A DNA stretch of 64,000 nt. Source: Gammaproteobacteria bacterium. GTDB taxonomy: Bacteria > Pseudomonadota > Gammaproteobacteria > SZUA-229. The notes beneath the pieces were generated by a model, which worked only from the letters and a program-made list of their open reading frames with translations, made no database searches and was not told the origin of the DNA. Positions 1-11,355 of the stretch are shown here, piece after piece (the stretch's first letter is position 1; every line of letters starts with the position of its first letter). Location: contig JASBSR010000006.1 in the NCBI GenBank assembly GCA_030148865.1, positions 66,111 to 130,110 of the forward strand. Direction: 5' to 3'. A program made the position numbers and the translations under genes.

Positions 1-1027
1 CTGCATGATGCGCAAAACTATATTCGATCTGGCTCACCAGCGAGGGGCGATAACGTTCCTGCATTACCATACCTGTATCTTTGAGCGCGCGTACCGTATC
101 GACCGGAATAGCGTATAAGGGAAAACGGGTGAAACGGCTCAGTTATGCACTCGGCCTGGCCGCGTCAATCAAAGCCAGCAGTCGATAGGAACAATTTTCG
201 CGAAAAAAGAAATAATCGAAATCAATATCGACCACTTCCCAGATATGTCGCTTCAACTGTGTCACTTCTTCCGCCCCCAGATTCAACTGATATTCCCAGA
301 TGTCGCGATTTTCCAGATTGCTGTAGGTCTGCACCGTACGATAATAACGTCGGCTGCGAAACACACCAGCATAACCGCCGAACAAACCTTTATACACATA
401 GGTGACGAAATCATCATTGGCATCGGCAACCGCCGCAGCATAATTCAGCGTGTGCGAGAGCAGCTCCGAGCTCTCATGATTGAAACGCAGAAAAGTATGG
501 CCAAAGGCCGAACCCGGACTATTGAGAAACATCGCGGGAAACACCAGACTCACTGATTCGGACTGCATTTTTTCCAGCCAGCGATCCAGCTTTGGACAGG
601 GCACTTCTGCATCGCGAATGTCCAGCTGTTGCCGCAGCCAGTGCCAGCGTGCGGGGAACCGGCACTGCGCATGGCCACGGGCCGAGGGCAATAGCATGGC
701 GCTTAAATCAGCGTGTAATTCCGCCTGCGGGTCGGTTTTGCCCTCAGCCGCGAGAAAAAATGCCGGGTCATCGGCCTGACTCTGATAGCGCGGCAGCAGG
801 CTTTCGCGTCTGTAATGCAGCAGCGCCAGCCAGCCGGGGTCAGCCGCCAGCCCCCGGGCATCGGCGCTGGCGTGTAATGCGGCAAGATCGGGTGCCCGTT
901 CGGCTATAACCAAATCTGGACACAAGCCGCCCAGGCCACAGAGAAATAACAAAGCAGGTCGAATCATCGTGGCGACAGCGGGCTTTTCCGGTAAAATGCC
1001 GGCCAGTTTAGCCATATAAGATTCCAT
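1..1027 (-). pseudogene. DUF4105 (Lnb N-terminal periplasmic domain-like) protein interrupted by an in-frame TAA at 143-145; reading frame runs on to the window edge
   Basis: Motifs CRFPAR, SAFGHTFLR, ENRDIWEY, YFFFRENCSY. The same frame continues past TAA as LSRFTRFPLYAIPVDTVRALKDTGMVMQERYRPSL, which looks like the family continuation. Confidence 0.7.
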
Positions 1028-1032
1028 ATTCC

Positions 1033-2745
1033 ATGTATCTCTCGCATTTTCAGCTCACCACTCTCAAAGAAACCCCGGCCGATGCCGAGGTGATCAGCCA
1101 TCGTTTAATGTTGCGCGCCGGTCTGATCCGCCGCCTTGCCTCGGGCCTGTACAACTGGCTGCCGCTGGGGGTGCGCGTGCTACGTCGGGTGGAAAATATA
1201 GTGCGCGAAGAAATGAATGCCAGCGGCGCGCTCGAAGTGCTGATGCCGGCGGTGCAGCCCGGCGAGCTCTGGCAGGAATCGGGCCGCTGGGAACAATACG
1301 GCCCGGAGCTACTGCGTTTTGTCGACCGCCACCAACGTGACTTTTGCCTCGGCCCGACGCACGAAGAAATCATCACCGAACTCGCGCGCCGCGAACTCAC
1401 CAGTTACAAACAGCTACCGGTAAACTATTACCAGATCCAGACCAAGTTTCGCGACGAGGTGCGGCCGCGTTTTGGGGTCATGCGTTCGCGCGAGTTCATT
1501 ATGAAAGATGCGTACTCGTTTCACATCAATCAGGATTCTCTGCAAGAAACCTACGAGGTTATGTATCAGACCTACAGTCGCATTTTTACCCGGCTGGGAC
1601 TCAGGTTCCGCGCCGTGATGGCCGACAGCGGTGCCATTGGCGGTAACAGCTCGCACGAATTTCACGTGCTCGCTGATTCCGGTGAAGATGCGATTGTGTT
1701 TTCTGATGGCAGCGACTACGCTGCCAATCTGGAAAAAGCCGAAGCTCTGATCAGCGATGCCACAACACCGACGGCAACGCAGAAAATGCAAAGCGTCGAC
1801 ACACCGGCTGCGCACAGCATCGAAGATGTTTCGAAGCTGCTCGATGTGCCTGCGGCACAGTGTATCAAAACTTTACTGGTCGCGGGCGCAGAAAAAAATT
1901 CTGTGGTCGCACTGTTACTGCGCGGCGATCACGAACTCAATGAAATCAAGGCCGGACATCAGCCCGATGTCGCTACGCCACTCACCTTCGCCACCGATGC
2001 CCAGGTGAAACAGGTCGCCGGTTGCGAACCGGGCTCCATCGGTCCTGTGGGTCTAAAAATTAAAGTTATTGCTGACCACGCCGCGCTGCAGCTCGCCGAC
2101 TTTGTCTGCGGCGCCAATGAAAACGGCAAGCATCTCATCGGTGTAAACTGGCAACGCGATCTGCCACTGGCGGAAACCGCTGATTTACGCAATGTGGTGG
2201 CGGGTGATACCAGTCCCGATGGCAAAGGCACACTTTCAATCGCGCGCGGTATCGAAGTCGGTCATATATTCCAGCTCGGCCAGAAATATTCGTCGGCGAT
2301 GAAGGCTGAGGTGCTGGATGAACACGGTAAAACCGTGACCATGACCATGGGCTGTTATGGTATCGGTATTACCCGTATCATCGCTGCCGCAATCGAACAA
2401 AACCACGATGCTAACGGCATCATCTGGCCGCCCGGCATCGCACCGTTTGATGTCGCGATTGCACCGATTAATTTTCAGAACTCGGATGAAGTGTGTGCAG
2501 CGGCTATCCAACTGCATGACGAACTCGTAGCGGCTGGTATCGAAGTGCTACTCTACGATCAAAAAGCACGCCCTGGTGCCATGCTCGCCGATCTGGATTT
2601 AATCGGCATCCCACATCGCATCGTTGTCGGCGATCGCGGCCTTGCTGATAACACAGTTGAATACAAGGCACGTGCGTCAGCCAACAATGAAGACATCGCA
2701 ATCGATGATATCGTCGCCCACCTTTGCCAGCAGTGCTTCAACTAA
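1033..2745 (+). CDS. proS: Proline--tRNA ligase
   Basis: 570 aa; [54 protein letters not shown]; contains the editing insertion domain. Confidence 0.98.
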   Translation: MYLSHFQLTTLKETPADAEVISHRLMLRAGLIRRLASGLYNWLPLGVRVLRRVENIVREEMNASGALEVLMPAVQPGELWQESGRWEQYGPELLRFVDRHQRDFCLGPTHEEIITELARRELTSYKQLPVNYYQIQTKFRDEVRPRFGVMRSREFIMKDAYSFHINQDSLQETYEVMYQTYSRIFTRLGLRFRAVMADSGAIGGNSSHEFHVLADSGEDAIVFSDGSDYAANLEKAEALISDATTPTATQKMQSVDTPAAHSIEDVSKLLDVPAAQCIKTLLVAGAEKNSVVALLLRGDHELNEIKAGHQPDVATPLTFATDAQVKQVAGCEPGSIGPVGLKIKVIADHAALQLADFVCGANENGKHLIGVNWQRDLPLAETADLRNVVAGDTSPDGKGTLSIARGIEVGHIFQLGQKYSSAMKAEVLDEHGKTVTMTMGCYGIGITRIIAAAIEQNHDANGIIWPPGIAPFDVAIAPINFQNSDEVCAAAIQLHDELVAAGIEVLLYDQKARPGAMLADLDLIGIPHRIVVGDRGLADNTVEYKARASANNEDIAIDDIVAHLCQQCFN

Positions 2746-3326
2746 CACCATTACCAAAGTTTATCGCCCACTGCGTGCTGTTCGGCGTAGCCGCGCTCTG
2801 TAGTGCGAATAGCGCGACGCTGCAACAGCAACCAGATCCCGAGTTACGCCGACTGCTCAGTGAAGCGATCGAAGCCTCTGACAGTTTTGCAGACCGTTAC
2901 GATGCCGAGGTCTGGCTGGTAGACATGTCGGCGCGACTCTCGCCCTTCATCGATGACAAAGGTGAACGTCTCGACATGCTGCGCAATATTCATCGCGAAG
3001 CGCGCCGCGTCGACCTGGTACCCGAACTGGTACTCGCTGTGATCGAAATCGAAAGCCGGTTTGATGTGTTTGCAATTTCAAAATCGGGCGCTCAGGGACT
3101 GATGCAGGTGATGCCATTCTGGCTGAATGAAATCGGTCACCCGGAAGATAATCTGGTCGACATGCGCACCAATCTGCGCATGGGCTGCACGATTCTGAAA
3201 TATTACATGGACATGGAAAAAAACGATCTACACCGCGCGCTGGCACGTTATAACGGCAGCTACGGTTCTAAAGTGTATAGCAACAAGGTGCTCAATGCGC
3301 TACGACTACGCTGGCGGCAACACTAA
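2724..3326 (+). CDS. Lytic transglycosylase (SLT domain) protein; start uncertain
   Basis: [29 protein letters not shown] motifs; usual neighbour of proS. Confidence 0.9.
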   Translation: MPAVLQLTPLPKFIAHCVLFGVAALCSANSATLQQQPDPELRRLLSEAIEASDSFADRYDAEVWLVDMSARLSPFIDDKGERLDMLRNIHREARRVDLVPELVLAVIEIESRFDVFAISKSGAQGLMQVMPFWLNEIGHPEDNLVDMRTNLRMGCTILKYYMDMEKNDLHRALARYNGSYGSKVYSNKVLNALRLRWRQH

Positions 3327-3527
3327 ACCGCTATTTAAGCGCCAGTTTTAAGGCCTGTAATATTTCACCACTGTGCGAATTTTGGGCGAACACCGCCAGA
3401 TTCATGTTTTCTGTTTTCCATTCGAGTGCAAGCACCATACGTTGCATGACGAAATCCTTTTGATAGCTGATACCGGCTGTCACAACCTGTTCCTGGGTAT
3501 GACTTGAATTTCGCTAAAAATTCAGCA

Positions 3528-4757
3528 TTAGCCACGTTTCCAGGCGATGATCAAATCCATCACATTCGTGCCAGTGACTCCGGTTTTGAATAAATCACCA
3601 GTCAGCATCAACAGTGTGCCCGCGTTAGCCTGGCTGAGTTCGCTCGCAATATCGTAACCGCTTTGCACAATCTGGCGCGCAGTCGAGGCAAACACCACAG
3701 CCCCCGCGCACCTCGTATTGCCATCGATACCATCGCTGCCGGCAGCGAGTACACCGATATCATCTGAATCCAGTCCGGCTGCGGCCAGTGTGTTTGCCAG
3801 CGCCAGCGCGAAACTCTGGTTGCGACCGCCGATCCCGGGTTGCGCAGGCAGGGACACCGTGGTTTCTGCCCCCCAGATGTGTACCCCAACGGGGGCCCGT
3901 TCCAGCAACCAGCGTCCAAGCCGTTCACCCTGTTGCACGGCATCGCCATCGATAAACTCCGGATGCAGAAAACAGTCCAGCCCCATTGCACCAGCTTCGT
4001 CGGCTGCTGCTGCCAGCGCCACGCCCTGACTGGCAATGATCCGGGTGTGCAGTGTCACGCCAGGTGCGACCGGTGCAGCTGACGATGGTGCTAACTTTGC
4101 CAGAAAGGACTGCAACTGCGAGTCAGCATCAACTCGGATTTCATTATCGATCAACAAACCAGAACCTATCACCGCAGGATCATCACCCGGCACATCCGAA
4201 ATCAGCCACTGGTGTACCTCAGGCACGGCGAGGTAATCGAGCAGACCGCCGCTCTTTATTTTTGAAAAATGTTTGCGCCAGGCATTGATGGCGTGAATAT
4301 TCTTACCACTGGCGAGTAGATAATGATTGATCGATTGCAGATCGTCGAGCGTGATGCCATCGCACAGCACTTCAACCAGACTCGAACTGCCGCCGGAAAT
4401 CAGAAACAACGGTTTCGCGTCTGCCGGCAGACGACTAACAAAGCTAAGCAGATGATCGCCCGCCTGCAAACTGCTGACATCGGGTATCGGATGCGCCGAC
4501 TCACAAACCGCAATATTTTTATGTTTCAGCAGTGTTCGCGGCGCGCTGCGTTGCGGACAAATTAACAGGGCCTGTTGAAACTGGATACGGTTATCAATGA
4601 CACCCTGCAACATCGCCGGTGCTGCCTTGCCGATGGCGATAACATGACTAAAGGTTTTTTGCTGACACCACTGCGCCACACAACGATGGCCATCAACGGT
4701 TTCAATTGCAGTATGGAACAGATGCGTGAGTAACTCGCGAGAGGTTAACTCCATCAC
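3528..4757 (-). CDS. Glycerate kinase type 2 / MOFRL family protein
   Basis: AIGKAA, LISGGSSSL, SDVPGDDPAVIGSG, GGRNQ, GSDGIDG, TGTNVMD. Confidence 0.9.
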   Translation of the reverse strand: MMELTSRELLTHLFHTAIETVDGHRCVAQWCQQKTFSHVIAIGKAAPAMLQGVIDNRIQFQQALLICPQRSAPRTLLKHKNIAVCESAHPIPDVSSLQAGDHLLSFVSRLPADAKPLFLISGGSSSLVEVLCDGITLDDLQSINHYLLASGKNIHAINAWRKHFSKIKSGGLLDYLAVPEVHQWLISDVPGDDPAVIGSGLLIDNEIRVDADSQLQSFLAKLAPSSAAPVAPGVTLHTRIIASQGVALAAAADEAGAMGLDCFLHPEFIDGDAVQQGERLGRWLLERAPVGVHIWGAETTVSLPAQPGIGGRNQSFALALANTLAAAGLDSDDIGVLAAGSDGIDGNTRCAGAVVFASTARQIVQSGYDIASELSQANAGTLLMLTGDLFKTGVTGTNVMDLIIAWKRG

Positions 4758-4769
4758 CGGGAGCCAGAC

Positions 4770-5954
4770 TTACATACCGCGACTGAGATCGCGTTTGATA
4801 TCTTCGATATCTTCCAGACCCACAGCGAGACGAATCAGGCCATCGGAAATACCCGCGTCCTGTCTTTGTTCGGGCGTGAGCCGACCGTGAGTCGTGGTGG
4901 CGGGATGGGTAATCGTGCTGCGAGTATCGCCCAGGTTTGCGGTAATCGAAATCATCTGTGTAGCATCAATCAGCTTCCAGCCTTCGGTCTTACCGCCTTT
5001 GAGTTCGAAAGCAACAATACCGCCAAAACCGCTCTGCTGGCGTTTTGCCAGTTCGTGCTGGGGATGTGATTCCAGTCCGGGATAATACACGCGCTCGACT
5101 ACTGGCTGTTGTTCCAGCCAGCGCGCGATGGCGAGTGAATTTTCGCAGTGCGCTTTCATGCGTATGCTCAGAGTTTCCAGGCCCTTGAGGAACACCCAGG
5201 CGTTGAACGGACTCAAAGATGGTCCGGCAGAACGTAAAAACCCGAACACACCTTCGCCGACGATGGCCTTGCTGCCGCAAACTGCGCCACCCATACAACG
5301 CCCCTGCCCATCAATATATTTGGTCGCAGAATGAATCACAATGTCGGCCCCCAAAGCCAGAGGCAACTGCAGAGCAGGCGTGCAAAAACAATTATCGACC
5401 GCCAGCAGGCACCCGTGCTGGTGGGCAATTTTGGCGAGCGCGGCAATATCCACCAGCTCAGTGAGCGGATTCGATGGGGTTTCCAGAAACAGTAATTTAG
5501 TCTGTGGCGTGATCGCCTTTTCCCAGGCGGCGAGATCGGACAGTTCAACAAAACTGGTGCTGATACCCAGTTTCGCGACAAAATTATTGAGCAGCACTGT
5601 GGTGGTGCCGAAAATACTGCGTGAAGACACAATATGATCACCCGTTTTCAGCAGGCCAAAAAATGTTGCGGTAATCGCTGCCATACCAGTGGCAGTAGCG
5701 ACACAGCACTCGGCATCTTCCAGCGCTGCGAGTCGCTGCTCAAATGCTCTGACCGTGGGATTGGTAAAGCGCGAGTAAATATTCCCGGGTGATTCACCAG
5801 AAAAACGCGCCGCCGCCTCCGCTGCCGACGCAAATACATAGCTCGAGGTAGGGAAAATTGCTTCACCGTGTTCGCCTTCGGCCGTGCGGGTATAACCGGC
5901 ACGCACCGCGCGCGTCTCAAAACCATAGTCATCAGAATTTTTATTATCTGTCAT
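4770..5954 (-). CDS. metZ: O-succinylhomoserine sulfhydrylase
   Basis: YSRFTNPTV, HSATKYIDGQGR PLP-lysine motif, ANLGDTRSTITHPATTTHGR; downstream of purF. Confidence 0.95.
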   Translation of the reverse strand: MTDNKNSDDYGFETRAVRAGYTRTAEGEHGEAIFPTSSYVFASAAEAAARFSGESPGNIYSRFTNPTVRAFEQRLAALEDAECCVATATGMAAITATFFGLLKTGDHIVSSRSIFGTTTVLLNNFVAKLGISTSFVELSDLAAWEKAITPQTKLLFLETPSNPLTELVDIAALAKIAHQHGCLLAVDNCFCTPALQLPLALGADIVIHSATKYIDGQGRCMGGAVCGSKAIVGEGVFGFLRSAGPSLSPFNAWVFLKGLETLSIRMKAHCENSLAIARWLEQQPVVERVYYPGLESHPQHELAKRQQSGFGGIVAFELKGGKTEGWKLIDATQMISITANLGDTRSTITHPATTTHGRLTPEQRQDAGISDGLIRLAVGLEDIEDIKRDLSRGM

Positions 5955-5955
5955 A

Positions 5956-6438
5956 TCACTCAACAATAGTCACTTCAGTGCCGACTTCGACCAGCCGATA
6001 TAGCTCGACAATATCTGCATTTAGCATACGAATACAACCGATGGATGTCGGGGTACCGATGTGTTCTTCATCGCTGGTCCCATGAATGTATATGTATCGG
6101 CCGTAGCTGTCCACATAACCGCCCTTATTTCTGCCCGGTTCCATGCCTTCCAGCCATAATATGCGCGAAGTAATCACGTCTGCGGGAAGCTCGACCCTGT
6201 TGTCAATGCATTCTTCCAGTGTGCCTTGTGGCACCCGACCGATATACACCGTGTTCACCGGCATCGCGCCACCGATTTTATCTTTGATGCGGTGCAGCCC
6301 CAGCGGGGTTTTTTCGCTGCCATTTTCATTGCCGGTGCCATAACGCGAAGTCGAGACTGGGTAGATGTGCAACACCGCACCGTCGTCATTCTGCAGGGTA
6401 AGCGTCTGGTCTTTGATGCTGACAATAATGGAATTCAC
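5956..6438 (-). CDS. L,D-transpeptidase (YkuD family)
   Basis: YPVST, TPLGLH, YIYIHGT...SIGCIRM catalytic His/Cys motif. Confidence 0.9.
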   Translation of the reverse strand: MNSIIVSIKDQTLTLQNDDGAVLHIYPVSTSRYGTGNENGSEKTPLGLHRIKDKIGGAMPVNTVYIGRVPQGTLEECIDNRVELPADVITSRILWLEGMEPGRNKGGYVDSYGRYIYIHGTSDEEHIGTPTSIGCIRMLNADIVELYRLVEVGTEVTIVE

Positions 6439-6505
6439 AGCGATGGTCTCTAAAGGTATTCCACCAAGTATCGCACATGCCGCGCTTCCTGGCTCTCAGA
6501 ATGAT

Positions 6506-7180
6506 TCACTCCAGCTCAATGCCGCCGGAGACGGTCACCTGCACGGTTTGTTCGCCGGCTTCGACACCGGGTGCTGTCGCTGATTTAGACAGCGCAGCCA
6601 TTGCAAAATTTTGCTGCCTGAAAATCGGTTGACCCGAGGTCGAAATATTCACACCCACCAGCTTGTAGGCTTTGCGCTTGAGCTGGTCAGTGACCAGCTG
6701 CGCGCGTTTATTGAAAGCCGCCAGGGCTTCAGCGATCAGCGCATCATCCGCTTTGTTTTTAGCTTCCGGCGACAGCGCAAAGCGCAAATTCGATAAAACC
6801 AGGCGTGACTGCAATTCACCGAGCAATTCGCTGGTGCCGGCCATGTCCTGCGATTCCAGCTCGATGCTCTGCCGCGCACGCCAGGATTTGATCCGGTTCT
6901 GCTGATACACCGGGCTGGTGGTATACGCCGCTGTCTGCAATTTTATCTTCGGGTGTTTTTTTAGCAGTGTGACTGCCCACTGGATTTTTTTATTGACGGT
7001 GTCGGCGAGTGGGGCGGGACTGCTGCCCTCTTCTTCTGCATAAAGAGTACTGATAATCGTATCACTGGCCAGTTCAGTCTGCCCATCGGTGCTGAGATGA
7101 ATGCGGTTATACTGGGTTTCGATTTCGTGGGACTGCGCCAGTGCTGGCAGCAAAAGCAGCATCAACCATAGTTGTTTCAT
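6506..7180 (-). CDS. SIMPL (DUF541) domain periplasmic protein
   Basis: Signal peptide; YTTSPVY, LRFALS, C-terminal VEAGEQTVQVTVSGGIEL typical of SIMPL proteins. Confidence 0.8.
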   Translation of the reverse strand: MKQLWLMLLLLPALAQSHEIETQYNRIHLSTDGQTELASDTIISTLYAEEEGSSPAPLADTVNKKIQWAVTLLKKHPKIKLQTAAYTTSPVYQQNRIKSWRARQSIELESQDMAGTSELLGELQSRLVLSNLRFALSPEAKNKADDALIAEALAAFNKRAQLVTDQLKRKAYKLVGVNISTSGQPIFRQQNFAMAALSKSATAPGVEAGEQTVQVTVSGGIELE

Positions 7181-7235
7181 CCGATTCCCTCAACAGGTTG
7201 CCCCAGGGTTTTATGCTGGGACGATGCCGCCAGGA

Positions 7236-8735
7236 CTAGAGTTCTACCGTATCAGCAGACTGAGCCGTGCCACGTGATTTAGCCGCATCGTTGCGCGTGT
7301 TTTCCAGACGCATGAAATACTCTGCGTCGACATCGTTGGTCACATACTTGCCATCAAAACAGGAACAGTCAAACTCCTGTAGATTTTTATTGCCCTTGCG
7401 CACAGATTCGATCAAATCTTCCAGATCCTGATACACCAGCCAGTCAGCACCGATTTCTTTTGCGATTTCTTCGACGGTTCGGTTGTGTGCAACAAATTCT
7501 TCTATCGCCGGCATGTCGATGCCATACACATTCGGGAACCGCACCGGCGGCGCTGCTGAAGCCATATAGACTTTATTGGCACCGGCTTCGCGCGCCATCT
7601 GAATAATCTGTCTTGAAGTTGTGCCGCGCACGATCGAATCATCCACCAGCAATACATTCTTGCCCTTGAACTCCAGGTCGATAGGATTGAGTTTCTGACG
7701 TACCGATTTTTTGCGTTCCTGCTGACCCGGCATAATAAAGGTTCGGCCAATGTAACGGTTTTTGATAAAGCCTTCGCGGTATTTCACATCAAGATGAAAC
7801 GCCACTTCCAGCGCCGCCGTGCGGCTGGTGTCCGGAATCGGAATCACCACATCGATATCGTGCTCGGGATGTTCGCGCAGAATTTTTTTCACCAGGGTCT
7901 GCCCCATGCGCAGGCGTGCTTTGTAGACCGAGACGTGATCAAGAATAGAATCGGGACGCGCGAAATACACGTATTCAAAAATACAGGGCTTGAGCTGTGG
8001 GTTTTCGGCGCATTGCTGGCTGTGAAAATTACAGTTGCTGTCGATAAACACGGCTTCACCCGGCATCAGGTCGCGCACCAGTTCGAAACCCTGGGCGTGC
8101 AGCGCTACGCTTTCTGACGCCACCATATATTCGGTTTGGCCGTTGATTTCGCGTTTACCATAGACCACTGGTCGTATCCCCAGTGGATCACGAAACGCGA
8201 GCACGCCCTTGCCGACAATCATGGCGATCACCGCATAGCCACCACGACAACGTTTGTGCAAAGCGGACACCGCATCGAAAATATCTTTGGTGTCGAATAC
8301 CGGTTTCGCCAGCGCGTGCAACTCGTGCGCCAGCACATTGAGCAAGGCTTCGGTATCTGATTCAGTATTGAGATGGCGCAGGTCTTCCTGAAACAGGTCG
8401 GCTTTTAATTTTTCGGTATTGGTGAGATTGCCATTGTGCGCGAGCGCGATGCCATAGGGCGAATTAACATAAAATGGTTGCGCTTCCAGCGAGGATGAAC
8501 ATCCCGCAGTAGGATAACGCACGTGGCCGATGCCCATATTGCCGACCAGCCTGTCCATGTGCTGCGAATAAAATACATCGCGCACCTGACCATTACCCTT
8601 GCGCATATAAAATTTGCCATCCTTGCAGGTCATGATACCGGCAGCATCCTGACCACGGTGCTGGAGCACGAGCAAAGCCTCGTAAATATCCAGACTCACG
8701 GATGACTGACCAACGATACCTACGATGCCACACAT
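7236..8735 (-). CDS. purF: Amidophosphoribosyltransferase
   Basis: N-terminal [36 protein letters not shown]. Confidence 0.98.
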   Translation of the reverse strand: MCGIVGIVGQSSVSLDIYEALLVLQHRGQDAAGIMTCKDGKFYMRKGNGQVRDVFYSQHMDRLVGNMGIGHVRYPTAGCSSSLEAQPFYVNSPYGIALAHNGNLTNTEKLKADLFQEDLRHLNTESDTEALLNVLAHELHALAKPVFDTKDIFDAVSALHKRCRGGYAVIAMIVGKGVLAFRDPLGIRPVVYGKREINGQTEYMVASESVALHAQGFELVRDLMPGEAVFIDSNCNFHSQQCAENPQLKPCIFEYVYFARPDSILDHVSVYKARLRMGQTLVKKILREHPEHDIDVVIPIPDTSRTAALEVAFHLDVKYREGFIKNRYIGRTFIMPGQQERKKSVRQKLNPIDLEFKGKNVLLVDDSIVRGTTSRQIIQMAREAGANKVYMASAAPPVRFPNVYGIDMPAIEEFVAHNRTVEEIAKEIGADWLVYQDLEDLIESVRKGNKNLQEFDCSCFDGKYVTNDVDAEYFMRLENTRNDAAKSRGTAQSADTVEL

Positions 8736-8737
8736 AT

Positions 8738-9289
8738 TTATTTACTCATGGTGTTGGACAGGCGTTCGGAGAACGCCTGCGGTAAGTTTTGAGCGGTATC
8801 TTCCGGGTCGAACGAGATTCGCATGTCATTGGGGAGAAAATCCTGCATTTCAACCACCACGCGCTGAAAACGCTCCAGTAAAACCGAGCTTTGCCACCAG
8901 CCCTGCTGTGGCAATGGCGTCATGCCAGCGACCACGACAAAAACAAGAATAATCACCGCGCCGCGCAAAAACCCAAACAATAGACCGAAGACACGATCAG
9001 CACCGCTAAGGCCGGTTTTTTTCACAAAACCGGCGACCAGAAAATTCACCAGCGAACCGACCATGAGCGTAAGTACAAACAGCACGCCAAAACCCACCGC
9101 CTGGCGCACAGCTTCGGATTCGATACCCGAGGGCAGCAATGTTGCCAGACGGGTAGAGAATGAAGTCGCGGTCCAGATCGCCAGCAACCAGCTGGCCAGC
9201 GAGATCGCTTCTTTGACAAAACCGCGTATCAGGCTGAAAAAAGTCGACAGACAAATGACAAAAATGATGACTACATCAACAACCGTCAT
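8738..9289 (-). CDS. cvpA: CvpA family (colicin V production) membrane protein
   Basis: [23 protein letters not shown]; directly upstream of purF. Confidence 0.93.
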   Translation of the reverse strand: MTVVDVVIIFVICLSTFFSLIRGFVKEAISLASWLLAIWTATSFSTRLATLLPSGIESEAVRQAVGFGVLFVLTLMVGSLVNFLVAGFVKKTGLSGADRVFGLLFGFLRGAVIILVFVVVAGMTPLPQQGWWQSSVLLERFQRVVVEMQDFLPNDMRISFDPEDTAQNLPQAFSERLSNTMSK

Positions 9290-9367
9290 GTCGGCCCCGG
9301 GGCTGCGCGAGAAAGGCGCGATTATACGCCGTTAGACCCGCTGATTCTATGCTGCACATCAATCGGC

Positions 9368-9844
9368 TTACGGGTGTGTGGTGATGAATGCGTTGATTTT
9401 GCGCTCAGCTTTTAATCGCGTTTTGAGTTTTTCCAGTCGGCTGCGGTCGAGTTCGGGACCGATACGGACACGATAGACTTGCTTACCATCGATTTTGTCC
9501 TCTTCGACATAGGCGTGACCTTCTTTTTGCAGACTTTTGGCAAAACTGTCAGCGTTTTCTCTGGAGCTAAACGTCCCCACTTGCAAGGCCCAGGCCTGCA
9601 CCGGTTCAGCAGCCTGTTTTTTTTCCTGCGTGATGACCTGTTTGATTTTCTCATCTACCGGTGTCGGCACCGGTTCCAGCCGGGTTTGACTCAGGGGCGG
9701 AAATGCCGGCGGCACAGGAATTTCGATACTGTGGCTTTCACGCGAACGATAGCCCGAGCCATCGAGCAGCGCGGGGATAAAAATCACGCCCAGCGCAACC
9801 AGAACTATCGCGCCGAGAATTCGTTGCTTTAAGGCTTTATCCAT
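9368..9844 (-). CDS. dedD: SPOR-domain cell division protein, DedD-like
   Basis: KQRILGAIVLVALGVIFIP transmembrane anchor; SPOR domain WALQVGTF...YRVRIGP; between folC and cvpA. Confidence 0.88.
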   Translation of the reverse strand: MDKALKQRILGAIVLVALGVIFIPALLDGSGYRSRESHSIEIPVPPAFPPLSQTRLEPVPTPVDEKIKQVITQEKKQAAEPVQAWALQVGTFSSRENADSFAKSLQKEGHAYVEEDKIDGKQVYRVRIGPELDRSRLEKLKTRLKAERKINAFITTHP

Positions 9845-11159
9845 CAATTTCAGTATCACCTGCGTCAGTAGGATTCATTGTCTCAGCAAAAAACTGTTTC
9901 GCCGCTGCCACCGTGTAAAACGAACCCAGAACAATAATCCGGTCATTTGCACCCGCGTCACGCATCGCTGCGGCACAGGCCTGCGCTACCGTTTTGCTGG
10001 CACAGAGTTTAGCATCGCCGGGAGTCGCGAGCGTGTTCTGTATGAAATTCGACATCACAGCTGCGGCCAGCCCTCGACCCACGTTTTCCAGACCGGCGCT
10101 GTACCAGACATCCACCCGTGGCGCGAGCAAAGCGATCACCTCAGCCACGGGTTTATCAGCGAGCATGGCGATCACCAGCCGGGTTTTACCGGCACAGGGC
10201 TGCGCCTGCAACTGGCGGCAGAGCGCGGCCACCGCCTGGGTGTTATGCGCAACATCAACCACCACCTGTGGTGCTGCGCGTAATGATTCGTAACGCCCGG
10301 CCAGTGTCACAGACTGCAAGGCACTGACATAGTTCTCACGCAGCAGCAACAACCGGGGTTTCAACAACTCCAGCGCCATGATCGCAGCAGCAGCATTATC
10401 GAGCTGAAACTCACCGCGCAAGGCCGGCACCGGCAAATCATGCAAGGCTGTGGTTCCAGTGCTGAACTGCCAGCTTTTTGTGCCCGCCTGCGCGCTAAAA
10501 TCGCGCCCCTGCACGAGCAATTTTGCAGCGATGTTCGCAGCCTGTTGCAACAGGCTTTGGGGTGGCGCGCGATCACCACACACCACAGGCTTGCCACTGC
10601 GCATAATGCCGGCTTTTTCAAAGCCAATCGCCTCACGATCCTTACCCAGCCAGTCGACATGATCGATATCCACGGTGGTAATCACCGACACATCGGGCTG
10701 CATAATATTGACCGCATCGAGACGACCACCGAGGCCCACTTCGAGCAGCACCAGATCGGGTGCTGCACGCGTGAACAAGTCTAACGCCGCCAGCGTACCG
10801 AATTCAAAATAGGTGAGTGCGGCCTCACCGCGCGCCTGATCGATACGTTCAAAAGCAGCGCACAAACTGGCATCATCAACTTCTTCACCGGCAATTCGTA
10901 TGCGTTCGTTATAACGCGCAATATGCGGCGAGGTATAGGCACAGACGCGATAACCCGCCACCCTCGCCATGGTTTCGAGCATGGCCATCACCGAGCCCTT
11001 GCCATTGGTGCCACCGACAATAATCAAAGGACAGTCGAAATGATCAGGGATTTGCGCCAGTTCGCGCACGTGATTAATGCGTTCCAGACCCAGCTCGATC
11101 TCGGCAGGATTTAAAGTTTCCTGCCAGGCCAGCCATTGCGCGAGTGAATCAAATTTCAT
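9837..11159 (-). CDS. folC: Bifunctional dihydrofolate synthase/folylpolyglutamate synthase
   Basis: GTNGKGS, YTSPH, LEVGLGGRLDAVN, DVAHN, GSFYTV. Confidence 0.96.
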   Translation of the reverse strand: MKFDSLAQWLAWQETLNPAEIELGLERINHVRELAQIPDHFDCPLIIVGGTNGKGSVMAMLETMARVAGYRVCAYTSPHIARYNERIRIAGEEVDDASLCAAFERIDQARGEAALTYFEFGTLAALDLFTRAAPDLVLLEVGLGGRLDAVNIMQPDVSVITTVDIDHVDWLGKDREAIGFEKAGIMRSGKPVVCGDRAPPQSLLQQAANIAAKLLVQGRDFSAQAGTKSWQFSTGTTALHDLPVPALRGEFQLDNAAAAIMALELLKPRLLLLRENYVSALQSVTLAGRYESLRAAPQVVVDVAHNTQAVAALCRQLQAQPCAGKTRLVIAMLADKPVAEVIALLAPRVDVWYSAGLENVGRGLAAAVMSNFIQNTLATPGDAKLCASKTVAQACAAAMRDAGANDRIIVLGSFYTVAAAKQFFAETMNPTDAGDTEIDG

Positions 11160-11221
11160 AGATTAAAATCTTAAGGCAAAACCACAGAGGAAAGCTTTTT
11201 TGGGTTAAAAACAAAAGATAT

Positions 11222-11347
11222 AAGCGAAACTGTAGCGGCGAAGAACACACAGAGAAAACACTGTTTTTTTGTTTAAAAACACAAAACCGGGTTTAATGTT
11301 TTTAACCTAATCAGTTCTCTGCCTTCTGCGCCGCTACAGTTTCGCTT
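11222..11347. repeat. Intergenic inverted-repeat cassette with 19-bp perfect arms and an AT-rich spacer
   Basis: AAGCGAAACTGTAGCGGCG (11222-11240) and CGCCGCTACAGTTTCGCTT (11329-11347). Confidence 0.85.
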
Positions 11348-11355
11348 TTAATGTT

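Noticed and set aside
3419-3430. 12-mer CATTCGAGTGCA also present near 26104
   Set aside because: A single 12-bp match in 64 kb is expected by chance, and the flanks are unrelated.
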